Below are positions 54,261 to 64,000 of a stretch of DNA of 64,000 nucleotides, piece by piece. The notes beneath the pieces are model-generated. The model saw nothing but the letters and a program-made list of their open reading frames with translations, had not been told where the DNA came from and ran no database searches. Made by a program: the position numbers and the translations under genes. Position 1 is the first letter of the stretch. The number at the start of each line of letters is the position of its first letter. The DNA comes from an uncultured bacterium (GTDB lineage: Bacteria > Verrucomicrobiota > Verrucomicrobiia > Limisphaerales > UBA8199), in contig CAVVMW010000022.1 of the NCBI GenBank assembly GCA_963749495.1, positions 480,001-544,000 of the forward strand, given 5' to 3'.

Positions 54261-57200
54261 TCAGTCTTCGGCAAACAAGTAGTCCAGGTCGGCTTTGGTG
54301 AGGCTGCGGGCGAAACCTTCCTCGCCCAGGACGTTGGCGATGGTCTGGGCCTTGCTCTGCTGGAGTTCCCAGATTTTCTCCTCGACGGTGCCTGGGGAGA
54401 TGAGGCGGTAGGCGTTGACGGTTTGGGTCTGGCCGATGCGGTGGGAGCGGTCGATGGCCTGGGCCTCGACAGCGGGGTTCCACCAGGGGTCGTAGAGGAC
54501 CACGTAGCTGGCGGTGGTCAAGTTCAGGCCGGTGCCGGCGGCGCGGAGGCTGAGCAGGAAGATGGCGGGCCTGGGGTCGTTCTGGAAGGCATTGACGACC
54601 TGCTGCCGCTCCTTGGTCTGGCCGGTGAGGATATGGGTGGCGAACTGGCGCTGGGCGCATTCGCCCTCCAGCAAGAGCAGCATCTGGACGAACTGGCTGA
54701 AGACCAGGACCTTCTGCCCCTCGGCCACGAGCGCATCGAGCAGTTCGAACAAGGTCTCGGTCTTGCCTGAAGGGCAATCGTTGCCGACGAGCCTGGGGTG
54801 GCAGCAGATCTGGCGCAGGCGTGTCAGGGCGGCCAGGACGTGCATCTGGCTCTTGTGGAGGCCCTTTTCGGCCACGGTCTTCATGACCTGCTCGCGGCTG
54901 CGGCGCAGTTCGGCCAGGTAAAGCTTGCGCTGCTCGTCGTCGAGTTGGCAGTCGCGCCGCTGCTCGATGCGCTCGGGCAGGTCTTTGGCGACGTGCTTCT
55001 TGAGGCGGCGCAAGAGCAGGGGGCGCAGTTTGGAGGAAAGCCGGCGCCGGGCGATGCGCTGGGCCGACTCGGCGTTGTCGCCGCGCGGCTCGTAGGTCTC
55101 GGAGAACTGGTCCTGGTTGCCGAGGTAGCCCGGCTGGATGAAATCGACGATGCTCCACAAATCGAGCAGGCGGTTCTCCAGCGGGGTGCCGGTCAGGGCC
55201 AGCCGGTGCTCGGAGCGCAACTGTTTGACCGACTGGGTGACCTGGGCGCCGGGATTCTTGATGAATTGGGCCTCGTCGAGGATAGCGGCGCGGAAGGCGA
55301 ACTTCTGGAGTTCCTCGAGGTCGCGGCGGAGCAAGGCGTAATTGGTGACGATGAGGTCGTGCTGGGGGATTTGCTTGCGGAGGTTGTGGCGGGCGGCGCC
55401 GCTCTCCAGGACCAGCACCTTCAACTGCGGGGTGAACCGGTTGGACTCGCGCCGCCAGTTGTGCAGGACCGAGGCGGGGCAGATGACCAGCGAGGGTTTG
55501 GGGTGTCTGGGATTGCACGCCTTGAGCCAGGCCAGCCAGGACAACGTCTGGAGCGTCTTGCCCAGGCCCATGTCGTCGGCCAGGATGCCGCCCAGCTTGA
55601 TCCGCGTCAGGTGGCACAGGAAGTCGTAACCGTCCTTCTGGTAGGGCCGCATCTGCGCGCACAGGCCGCCGGGCAGGTCCGTCCCGGCAATGCCCTTGAA
55701 GTCCTTGAGCCGCTGGCGCAGCGCCCCCGCCTGCGGCGTGTCGGCAAACCGCTTTAACCCCTCTTCGTCCAGGTGCGCGACGTTCTCCAGGCCGATGCGC
55801 TGCGCCCCCGCGGCCAGGCCGTCCACGCCCAGGTCCGCCATCGTCTCGTGCGCCGCTTGCACGGCGGCGCTGTCCAATTCCACCCAGCCCGAGTCGGGCA
55901 GTTTGACGAACCGGCCGGTGGCGGTTTGGAGGCGCTGGAGGTCGGCGGCACTCAACTGGAGGCCCTCCTGCTCCCACTGGGCGGAGACCGACAGCCAATC
56001 AATGCCGCTGCCCCGGACAATGATTCGCGGGCGCAACTGGCGCGGGGCCAGGAACAGCCGGTGAAAGGCCGGGTTGCCCAGGTACTGGGCCTGGGCGGGG
56101 CGATTGGCCCAGGCCTGGGCCAGCGCGCCCAGGAAGGCCTCCGTGGCGTCGCCCACCCACAGGCCGGGCTCGGGCGTGAACCAGTCCAATTGCCGCAGCC
56201 ATTGGCTGGCCGGCTCCAGGCGCGGGTCGTCCAGCAGTTCCGGTTTGTCGCTCGGCCCTCGATTGGGCTGGCGCAACTGCCATTCATGGCCGGTAAAAAT
56301 CCAGACGCTCTGGTCGCGCTGGCTGTGGGCCAGCAGTCGCAGGCGCACAGTGTCCTGGAGCAACTCGAAGATAAACTCCGGGGCGGCCGCGTGGGTCACG
56401 CAAAGCTGCTCCCAGTCCACGCCGCGATCCGACTGCGTCCGGCGCAGGTGCATGAGCAGGCGATGGCTGAGCTTGCGCACCGGCACCGAGGGCTGGCCGG
56501 CCCAATGCGCCAGCAATTGGGGCGGCGGCGCATTGCGCACCAGGTAGAAGCTGTGCCCTGCCAGGGCCAGGGGCGGCTGATGGCTGAAGAACCGAACGTC
56601 AGCCAGATTGTGGGGGAGGCCCCCGGGGACGCTCAGCCGATGAGTCAAAGAGAGTTCGGTCTGGCCGTTCTCCAGGTGAGGCGTCAACTCGGCCACTTGG
56701 CCGTGAAATTCGAGCGGTTGGGCTCCTGGCCTGGCCCCGAGGCCAACTCCAGCCGCCGGGACCGGCCCCAGCGCGCCAGCCAGTGCAGCAGGTCCAGCTC
56801 GGACAAGACCACCGCCTCGCCCTGGACCGGGTCGGCCTTGGGCGGCGTCTGGGCCAGCCACTGGATGAATTCCCAGTCGGCTGGCGGGAAGAGCTCCTGC
56901 TCGTGCGCCGCACGGGTCGTCAATTCGAGGATGTCGGCCAGTTTCTTGAGCTTTTCCCCGGTGCGCGGGCGCAGCAGGTGGAAGCGCACCGCCAGCCTGA
57001 AGAAGGCGGGCAGGTCCGGGTGCGGCTGGGGCTGGCACAGGACGCGCAAGGCGGCGCGCGGGCTGTCCAGGTGGGCCGGTTTGGGCGGGAACAGCCAGGC
57101 CTCCAGCAGTTGGACCAACTGCCGCTGCTGGCTGGCCTGCTCGACCTGCGCGAACCGGTCCAGGTTGGCGTAAGGCCCCAGCTCGGTCGGCATCGAACGC

Positions 57201-57541
57201 TTGGCCCGCAGGAACAGAAAGGCCATCTCCTCCAGGCGCGCCTGGCCCTGCGCCGCCAGGAGCCGCGCCCACCAATCCGTGCCCGGAAAGTCCTTGCGCG
57301 AGAGCGAAAGCTTCTCGAAGTAGTCCTCCAGCAGCAGCCACGCCCGTTGCGAATCGGCGCAGGCCGCAAAGCTGCGCAGCAACTCCCCCCGCTCGGCTAC
57401 CGCCGCCTTCGAGTCCGCCAATTCCCGGCGCAGGTCGGCCAGCGCCCCGTAGGTCTTCGAGAGTACGGTGTTCTGAGCGTCGTACTTGGACGCCAGGCCA
57501 GCCCTCAAGCAGGTTCCATTTCTGACTAAAACTCTAGCCAT
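54261..57541 (-). CDS. SNF2-family helicase with long N-terminal region; apparent frameshift near 56730
   Basis: MRPYQ, ADDMGLGKT, DEAQ, LTGTPLEN, FSQF, GTGLNLT, DPWWNP, QAIDRSHRIGQ; N-terminal part in the 56684..57571 frame. Confidence 0.9.
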
Positions 57542-57659
57542 CTGACTGCGCCCCGATAGGGGTTCTACCATCTCCTCACAGAATGGCCGGTTTGGTCAAT
57601 AGAAATGTAAAGATTTTTTGTAAGGTCTGTTAGGCCCCAGTCAGAGCGGGATGGGCAGC

Positions 57660-57956
57660 ACGGGCGGACCCCTCATCCCGGCCCTCTCCCCATCGGATGG
57701 GGGGTGTCCACGGCCACCTTCGCTGCGTCGCTCCGCGCCGCCCGCGCTGCCCCCGGCTCACCGCGTAGCGGTGCCCGACGGTAGCCGTGGACTTCCAGTC
57801 CACGGACCCATGGCGCAAGCTCAACCGCGTCGCGTAGCGACGCCTGAAAACCGCAACGCTGTCGGGCGTCGCTACGCGACGCGCGATCATTCCAATGCCC
57901 TGAACCGTGGACCGAGGTCCACGGCTACCTTCACTGCGTCGCTCCGCGACGCGCGA
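57660..57956. repeat. Cluster of REP-like palindromes (CCGTGGAC..GTCCACGG, GTCGCGTAGCGAC)
   Basis: Paired inverted hairpins in an intergenic spacer. Confidence 0.75.
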
Positions 57957-57982
57957 TGATTCCCCCGCCCCTTCCCCCTATT

Positions 57983-60232
57983 CTATCGCGCTGAGGACGG
58001 CTCCAGTTGACGGGACATCGAGAACTCCAGGACCGCATAGCCGTCGATCTGGAAGTGCTCGACCACGATTTCCACGGTCCGGTCGGCCTCGACCGTCAGT
58101 TTCCCCGTGTCCCGCGTCGGGCCGTGCCAGGTCCAGTTCTCGATGACCGGCCGGCCGTTGACGCTGACCCGGACACCGTCGTCGCTGAGCGTGGTGAATT
58201 GCCAGGTTCCCTTGGCCAAGGGCAGGCGGGTCCGAGCCACCATGCCGAAGTGGTGTTGAGGGAGTTTGGCGGCGGTGATCTTCTCCGAGATGCCGATGTC
58301 GCTGGGTCCGCGCATGCCGTACTTGAGGGAGAGTTCCTCGATCAGGTCCGAGACCGCCGAGGGGCCCTCGGCCAGTTTGCGGTAGCCGTCAAGGTCCTTG
58401 CGTGGATCCACTGTGGCTGGCCAGGGGAAAAAGGTGGCCTGCCACCGGGCGGCCAGGAGCGTCCCGTGAAACTGCGCCAGGGGTTTTCCGGCGGCGCTCA
58501 CGCTCAGCCGATAATCCTGGACGCCGGGTTGGGTGGCGGACACGGTGACGCGGGACTCGTCGGTTTTCCCGGGCACTGGCTCCAGGAGGCCCTTGACGCG
58601 GTCGCCCGCCGTTTCCACCTCCAGGTCCGCCGCCGGCACCTTGAGCACTTCATAAACAGCCGAGCCGCCGGCAGACCCGGCCAGGCGCACCAGGGGAGTG
58701 ACATGGTCCCAAGGGCCCCACTCGGTCATGATGATGTTCTGGCGGCCGCGCAGTTGGGGCCTGGCGCCCACGGGATGCCTCTTGCCCAGGGCTTGGTATC
58801 CGGTCTGCCATGGCGGCACGGCCAGGCGCTCGTCGCGCAGGACCTCGTAGGCTGGTTCGTCGATCATCTCCTTGCCGACGCCGGCCAGCAGGTTGGAGCC
58901 GAGCGTTGCCTGGCCGGGCCCGCGGAAGTGGAATGCAACGGTGTCGCCCTGGAAGGAGTTGGCGGCGATGACCGAGCCCGTGGAGGCATACCCATTGGCC
59001 TGGGCCCAGCCCCGCTTGTCGAAGTCCGGGTTGGGCCCGCCCCAGAGATGGACGCCGCACTTGTTCGTCACGAACGAATTGCACACAATCGAGTTGTCGC
59101 CGCCGTGATCGATATTCACGCCCCCGCGCTCCAGGCCGTAGCCCATCTCGCCGTTGGCCTCGAAGAGATTGCCGGCGATGAGCGTCTGGCGGGAGTAGCC
59201 CGCCCAAACACCGCAGATAGCATTGCCCACAAGCCGGTTGTCGAGGTACTTGTTCCCGAACGAAAACGTGTTCTCGATGCCGTGGGCGGCCGCATAAGAA
59301 AAGTCATTGCCCACCAGCAAGTTGCCCGTGTTGCCCCGGCCTTTGTGCCACTCGACCGGATGGTCGCCGACCTCGCCGAGGGCCTCGCGCCCCGCAAAAC
59401 CAAAAAAACCGTCGCCGCCGTGGGTAACGGAGTTCTCGGCGAAGACGTTCCGGTTGTTCTGCTCGAAGACAAAGAGGCCGGCCGAATCCTGCCCGCGGTT
59501 ATAGACGCCGTGGCTGTAGCCGCGGACGCAAAAGTCCACCGCATTGCGGCTGATGAGGTTGTCCGAACACCGCCACAGGGCGATGCCCCAGCCGGAATTG
59601 AACGAGAAATCATTGTCATAGACCTTCGCGCCGGTGACCCGGTCCAGGCAGAGGGCGTTCTGGCCGTGCCAGGCGCGGCAGTCGCGGACGATCACATTGG
59701 CCGATTGCTCGAGGTAGATGGCGGCGGCGTAATTGGTGAGCCACTCCTTGCGGTCGTTGTTGTGGCCGAAAAGCCAGTCGGAGCCGTCTTCGGCCAAGGG
59801 AGTCGATTTCAACCGGGCGCGCCGGCTGTCCGAGGCATCCAAGCCCTCCAGCACCAGGCCATCGGCCCGGCTCGCCCAGAGGCCGCACCAGAACCCGCTA
59901 ATGCGCGCCCCGCGAATGGTGACGTCGCTGTGGCCGTCCAGGCGGATGCCGCAGCCTTTGTATTGGTCGGGCGGCGTATCGGCCCGCGCCCCCCTGAGCA
60001 CGGAGCCTTGCGCGAAGTCCAGTTCGATGCCCGGCGCGCCGATCTGGATGACGCCCTCGCCGTCGTCCTCGATGACTGCGCCCGGCGCAATCACCACGCG
60101 GCAGGACTGCGTGATCACCGTGTGCCCCGCCTTGGTTTCAAGGGTTGGCAAGTCCGCCGCCGCCCGGACCCCGCCGCAGCCCAGCAATGAGGCGAACAAG
60201 AATAGTAACCAACGGCTTCTGGGCTGTATCAT
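57983..60232 (-). CDS. Secreted right-handed beta-helix (NosD-like) + PA14 domain protein
   Basis: Signal peptide, Asn-rich beta-helix repeats, C-terminal SDDGVRV.VNG..VIENW..H. Confidence 0.85.
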   Translation of the reverse strand: MIQPRSRWLLFLFASLLGCGGVRAAADLPTLETKAGHTVITQSCRVVIAPGAVIEDDGEGVIQIGAPGIELDFAQGSVLRGARADTPPDQYKGCGIRLDGHSDVTIRGARISGFWCGLWASRADGLVLEGLDASDSRRARLKSTPLAEDGSDWLFGHNNDRKEWLTNYAAAIYLEQSANVIVRDCRAWHGQNALCLDRVTGAKVYDNDFSFNSGWGIALWRCSDNLISRNAVDFCVRGYSHGVYNRGQDSAGLFVFEQNNRNVFAENSVTHGGDGFFGFAGREALGEVGDHPVEWHKGRGNTGNLLVGNDFSYAAAHGIENTFSFGNKYLDNRLVGNAICGVWAGYSRQTLIAGNLFEANGEMGYGLERGGVNIDHGGDNSIVCNSFVTNKCGVHLWGGPNPDFDKRGWAQANGYASTGSVIAANSFQGDTVAFHFRGPGQATLGSNLLAGVGKEMIDEPAYEVLRDERLAVPPWQTGYQALGKRHPVGARPQLRGRQNIIMTEWGPWDHVTPLVRLAGSAGGSAVYEVLKVPAADLEVETAGDRVKGLLEPVPGKTDESRVTVSATQPGVQDYRLSVSAAGKPLAQFHGTLLAARWQATFFPWPATVDPRKDLDGYRKLAEGPSAVSDLIEELSLKYGMRGPSDIGISEKITAAKLPQHHFGMVARTRLPLAKGTWQFTTLSDDGVRVSVNGRPVIENWTWHGPTRDTGKLTVEADRTVEIVVEHFQIDGYAVLEFSMSRQLEPSSAR

Positions 60233-60286
60233 GGACCTACGCTCTCAGGTTAGCGCTCGGCCGTCAATCGCGATGGGGTGGCCACA

Positions 60287-60350
60287 GGGCAAAATCATTG
60301 TTGGCAGAATCATTAAAAAGAAAATGATTTTGCCAACAATGATTTTGCCT
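60287..60350. repeat. Palindrome of 14-mer units (GGCAAAATCAT / ATGATTTTGCC)
   Basis: ggcaaaatcattgttggcagaatcat...atgattttgccaacaatgattttgcc. Confidence 0.85.
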
Positions 60351-60438
60351 TGCGGCGGCAGTCCATTCAGCGGTTGACTGGCATTCTTGTTTGGGGCATT
60401 TTGCCCGCAAATTCCAGGATTCTGGAGAATCCGGCTGA

Positions 60439-61230
60439 GTGCACCCAATAGCTTTTCATTTAGGCGGGCTGATCATCCACTGGTACGGGGTGATGGTGGC
60501 GCTGGGCTTTCTGGTCGGGCTGTGGCTGGCGGGCCGGCGCGGGCGGCTCGAGGGCGTTGCGGCCGAGAAGGTGCTGGACGCGGGACCGTGGCTGATTGTG
60601 GGGGCCATTCTCGGGGCGCGGAGCCTGTTCGTAGCCACTTACTGGCGGGAGCAATTCGCCGGCAGGCCGTTTTTCGAGGTCTTCATGATTTGGCACGGCG
60701 GGCTGGTCTATTACGGGGGCCTGATCGGCGCCTCGGTTGCCTGCGTGCTCTACGCGCGCCTCAAGCAGGTGCCCCTTTGGAGGCTGGCGGACATCCTGGC
60801 CCCGAGCATCGCCTTGGGACAGGCCCTGGGGCGCATCGGCTGCCTCCTCAACGGGTGCTGTTACGGGCGCCCCTGCCAGTTGCCCTGGGCCATCCGGTTC
60901 CCCGAACACAACGCGGCCGGCGCTCCTTCCACTCCGGTGCATCCAACCCAAATCTACGAGTCGCTGCTGAGCCTCGCCTTGTACGCGGGGCTGGCCTGGC
61001 TCTACCGGCGCAAGAAGTTCGACGGCCAGGTCTTCGGCCTCTACATGGTCGGCTATGCGCTGTTCCGGTCCTTTGTCGAGATGTTCCGCGGCGATTATCC
61101 CCAATACCAATACCTGGGCGGCTGGGCTACCCCGGCCCACCTGGTCAGCCTCTTTCTCCTGGGGGCCGGCCTGGTCCTGCTTTGGAGGCTCCCCCGCCCT
61201 GCCCTGGCGGGTAAACCAGGACATGGCTGA
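60439..61230 (+). CDS. lgt: Prolipoprotein diacylglyceryl transferase
   Basis: IHWYG, ILGAR, IWHGGLVYYGG, GRIGCLLNG, HPTQIYES, EMFR. Confidence 0.95.
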   Translation: MHPIAFHLGGLIIHWYGVMVALGFLVGLWLAGRRGRLEGVAAEKVLDAGPWLIVGAILGARSLFVATYWREQFAGRPFFEVFMIWHGGLVYYGGLIGASVACVLYARLKQVPLWRLADILAPSIALGQALGRIGCLLNGCCYGRPCQLPWAIRFPEHNAAGAPSTPVHPTQIYESLLSLALYAGLAWLYRRKKFDGQVFGLYMVGYALFRSFVEMFRGDYPQYQYLGGWATPAHLVSLFLLGAGLVLLWRLPRPALAGKPGHG

Positions 61231-61320
61231 ACGTTTCATGTTTCACGTTTCAGGTTTGACGCCCTGTGAAAAACCTTAGACCTCGGTTCATAAGTAACCG
61301 GACACGCATACACCTCCCAG

Positions 61321-61422
61321 AAAAGCGGCAGAGGACTGCCGCAGTCCAAAAGGCTTCGCGAAGCAGGGACGCAGCGGAGGTCGCGCTAGCGTCTTGGACT
61401 GCGGCAGTCCTCTGCCGCTTTT
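61321..61422. repeat. REP-like element (39744 family)
   Basis: aaaagcggcagaggactgccgcagtccaa...ttggactgcggcagtcctctgccgctttt. Confidence 0.85.
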
Positions 61423-61512
61423 CTTCGGGAGCTCAATCTCCAAGGCGGTGCCGAGGGGCAAAGATTGCTTTGCTCGACCCTCCGATGTCTGGCTGCCTGT
61501 GAAAGGAGGTCT

Positions 61513-62550
61513 ATGCCATGCCGTAACGACATACCCCCACTCGCTCCTCCCCTCCCGGCCGGCGGCATCCTGTTGCTGGCGGGGCCGACGGCCGCGGGCA
61601 AGTCGGCGCTGGCCCTGGAGTTGGCCCTGCGCCTGGGCGCCGAGATCGTCTCGGTCGACTCGATGCAGGTCTATCGCGGGATGGACATCGGGACTGCCAA
61701 GCCGTCGCTCGAGGACCGCGCGCGCGTGCCGCATCACCTGGTCGATGTGGTGGGAGCCGACGAGCCGTTCGACGCGGCCCAATTCGCGCGCCAGGCGCGC
61801 CAGGCGGTGGCGGGCATCCATGCGCGGGGCCGTCCGGCCATTCTATGCGGCGGCACGGGGCTCTACTTCAAGGCCCTGTTCGAGGGACTGGGCCAGGCCC
61901 CGCCGGCCGATGCCACCGTGCGCGCCGCCCTCCAAGCCACGCCGATGCCCGAGTTGCTGCGCGAATTGGCCGAGCGTGACCCGGCCGCATACGAGCGGAT
62001 CGACCGCCTCAACCCGCGTCGTGTTATCCGCGCCCTCGAGGTCATCCGCTTGACCGGCAGGCCCTTTTCCGAGCAGCGCGCCCGCTGGACGCCCCAACTC
62101 CAGTCGCAGGCTCCAGAGGGCGAGCCCGTCCCTCTGGGTTTCGGCCTCCAACGCTGCCCGGCCGACCTGCGCCGGCGCATCGATGCCCGGGTTGACCAAA
62201 TGTTCCGCCGCGGGCTGGTGGCCGAGACCGAGGGGCTCCTGCGGCAAGGACTCAGCCGGAACCCGACCGCCCTGCAGGCGCTGGGCTACCGCCAGGCCGC
62301 CGAATACCTCGCCGGCAGGCGGGACCTGCCGCAGACTATCGAACTGGTGAAGATCCGCACCCACCAATTCGCCAAACGCCAGATGACCTGGTTCCGCCGG
62401 CAAATGCGCCTGCGCTGGATTCACCTCCAAGAGACGCCCCCAACGCAGGTCCTGGAGGAGATCGAAAGGGCTTTACCTTCCGCCCGCGAACGTCCATCTT
62501 CGCCCCCAACAGCGCAACACGAGAGCGATGAACAAACTGGCCATCATTAA
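61513..62550 (+). CDS. miaA: tRNA dimethylallyltransferase
   Basis: GPTAAGKS, DSMQVYRGMDIGTAKP, GGTGLY, NPRRVIRALE, AKRQMTW; AAGGAGG RBS. Confidence 0.97.
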   Translation: MPCRNDIPPLAPPLPAGGILLLAGPTAAGKSALALELALRLGAEIVSVDSMQVYRGMDIGTAKPSLEDRARVPHHLVDVVGADEPFDAAQFARQARQAVAGIHARGRPAILCGGTGLYFKALFEGLGQAPPADATVRAALQATPMPELLRELAERDPAAYERIDRLNPRRVIRALEVIRLTGRPFSEQRARWTPQLQSQAPEGEPVPLGFGLQRCPADLRRRIDARVDQMFRRGLVAETEGLLRQGLSRNPTALQALGYRQAAEYLAGRRDLPQTIELVKIRTHQFAKRQMTWFRRQMRLRWIHLQETPPTQVLEEIERALPSARERPSSPPTAQHESDEQTGHH

Positions 62551-62686
62551 GGAATTCTGGAGTTTCCTGCGCGTGCGCAAGAAGTGGTGGCTGGCGCCCA
62601 TCGTCATCTTCCTCCTGCTCCTGGGCGGCCTGTTGATCTTCGCCAAAGGGTCCGCCTTGGCCCCGTTTATCTATAGCCTGTTTTGA
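62528..62686 (+). CDS. DUF5989 small membrane protein (52 aa, absent from ORF track)
   Basis: MNKLAIIKEFWSFLRVRKKWWLAPIVIFLLLLGGLLIFAKGSALAPFIYSLF. Confidence 0.85.
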   Translation: MNKLAIIKEFWSFLRVRKKWWLAPIVIFLLLLGGLLIFAKGSALAPFIYSLF

Positions 62687-62760
62687 GTGCGGAGTGCGGA
62701 GTGCGGAGTGCGGAATCCGGAACGCGGGGTGAGCACTGCGGAATGGGGAGTGCGGAGGCC
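62685..62760. repeat. Heptamer tandem array (GAGTGCG)n
   Basis: gagtgcg x4 followed by degenerate copies. Confidence 0.8.
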
Positions 62761-62792
62761 ACGTGGCCAGTCTGCACCGGGAGGTCAAGCCG

Positions 62793-63117
62793 ATGACCAA
62801 CGAAAAACAGGGCCTTCACTATGTTTCGCCTGCCGAGGTCGAAGGGTTCGATTCTCTGGCGAAACTGGCATTGGATATGCGCTGGTCGTGGAACCACCCC
62901 GACGACGAACTGTGGCCCCGGCTCGACCAATGGCCAGACTGCGGCAAGACACGAGATGACGCGCGGGCGGCAATTGGTGGGCGCGGGTAGCGGCTATGTC
63001 TATAGCGCGACCGTGCCGGCAACCCGCCCCGCCCGCGAATACACGCCTCGAGCCGTGCCCCACTTTCCCCAGGCCTCGATCCCCTTGGAGGCCGATTCCA
63101 TCCTCTGGCAAAGGTGA
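62793..63117 (+). pseudogene. glgP: Alpha-glucan phosphorylase remnant: N- and C-termini joined after a large deletion
   Basis: EVEGFDSLAKLALDMRWSWNH..DELW..LD (N-terminal) then EMTRGRQL..GYVYSATVPATRPA..YTPR..P......PLEA..ILWQR* (C-terminal). Confidence 0.75.
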
Positions 63118-63226
63118 AACTGAGACGCCTTGCCCCGGACCAAACCGGCATTCAATTGGTCCGCTGCCCTGCAGCCAAGGAGTAATTGAGTTTGCGAGCG
63201 GCTTCAATCCTCGGTAGTTTTGGCTT

Positions 63227-63436
63227 ATGACGGCAGCGAAAGTCATTGAGGAAATCATGCATCTGCCCCGCGAAGAACAGTCACGCGTGCTTGAATTTGC
63301 TCTCGAATTGGCGCGCAGACGTTAGCTTTCGGGGAAGGAGTTGTCCGTGTTGGCGCAGCGGATGGTGGATTCAGACGATCCCGGTGAGGTGGAGAGACTC
63401 AAGTCCGAGATCACGCGCGGCTTTTACGGGGAATAA
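63227..63436 (+). pseudogene. Small hypothetical (antitoxin-like) gene with in-frame TAG at 63323
   Basis: MTAAKVIEEIMHLPREEQSRVLEFALELARRR*LSGKELSVLAQRMVDSDDPGEVERLKSEITRGFYGE. Confidence 0.6.
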
Positions 63437-63438
63437 CT

Positions 63439-63684
63439 GTGCCGCGCATTCGGCGACAGAATCTCCCCCGGGACTTATTGGCGCACCTGTTGGAGCGCGT
63501 CAAGGGCCGCCATATTCCTGTTGATCAACTTGGCGCGCTGGCGGACTGGCTGGCCACGGAGCCCGAGGTTCCTGATGGAAGATGGTTCAAGAGATTTCCC
63601 GGAATGATCGTATGTGGTGAGGGCGAATTGATTAGGACTTTCCTTCAGGCCGGGCAGGCCGCAATGGGTGAAGAACTGAACTGA
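63439..63684 (+). CDS. Small hypothetical protein coupled to the upstream gene
   Basis: 81 aa, starts 2 nt after the upstream stop; EPEVPDGRWFKRF..MIVCGEGELIRTFL. Confidence 0.65.
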   Translation: MPRIRRQNLPRDLLAHLLERVKGRHIPVDQLGALADWLATEPEVPDGRWFKRFPGMIVCGEGELIRTFLQAGQAAMGEELN

Positions 63685-63740
63685 TGAAGTTTGGCTGCAA
63701 TCTGGGAGGGCTCCCGCTTGGGCTCAAAGAACGCATAGTC

Positions 63741-63813
63741 AAACACAGAGTCGCGAAGAACACAGAGATTGGTGCTGTTTGTCTTCTCTGCGTTCTTGGC
63801 GTCTCTGTGTTTT
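63741..63813. repeat. Palindromic element (AAACACAGAG...CTCTGTGTTT)
   Basis: aaacacagagtcgcgaagaacacagaga...tctctgcgttcttggcgtctctgtgttt. Confidence 0.75.
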
Positions 63814-63863
63814 GAACGGAGTGGTGGGCCGTGGCGCGAACGCGCAACCGCCCACAGTTTTGA

Positions 63864-64000
63864 TTAAGCCGCCTGTTCCTGTTCCGGGTTCTCGACTTCC
63901 GGTTCCGAGGTCAACTCGGCCTCGAACGAAGATCGCAGCGCGGGGATTGCTCGCCTTCGACCAGATCCGCCTGCCTCCGCCTCTTGTTGCCCCCGCAACG
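63864..64000 (-). CDS. 3' end of a gene extending beyond the window
   Basis: Open frame ...SFEAELTSEPEVENPEQEQAA*. Confidence 0.3.
   Translation of the reverse strand, partial: LRGQQEAEAGGSGRRRAIPALRSSFEAELTSEPEVENPEQEQAA

Overview
High-GC bacterial DNA, probably from a Verrucomicrobiota (Pedosphaera/Limisphaerales-like) genome. This is inferred from ECF-sigma/Ser-Thr-kinase-WD40 pairs, a prepilin/H-X9-DG protein, a LTD-CotH protein and many lineage-typical palindromic repeats. The left ~31 kb is accessory. It holds two ECF sigma + STK-WD40 modules, a three-domain glycosyltransferase preceded by an unannotated Gly-Gly/Ser-Thr-Pro-rich peptide, a hybrid histidine kinase, a third ECF, CotH, a tannase and an EcoRV-like R-M pair whose nuclease has an amber stop. 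The right half is mostly core genes: acs, acyl-CoA ligase/GNAT, PFOR, DHODH-like, pyrH, leuC, coaE, an SNF2 helicase, lgt and miaA. These are interspersed with TA-like pairs, deletion remnants and about a dozen families of intergenic palindromes and short tandem repeats. Best leads: (1) a possible peptide/protein O-glycosylation system inside an ECF-STK locus; (2) a hidden UxC (TGA) selenoprotein-like frame at 1653-2225; (3) a thrice-repeated ECF-type promoter motif defining a local regulon; (4) repeat elements inserted in-frame into proteins. Many small-indel frameshifts, including one in coaE, suggest assembly/consensus errors. No rRNA, tRNA, CRISPR array or transposase was recognised. All family assignments come from motif recognition by eye; no database searches were run.
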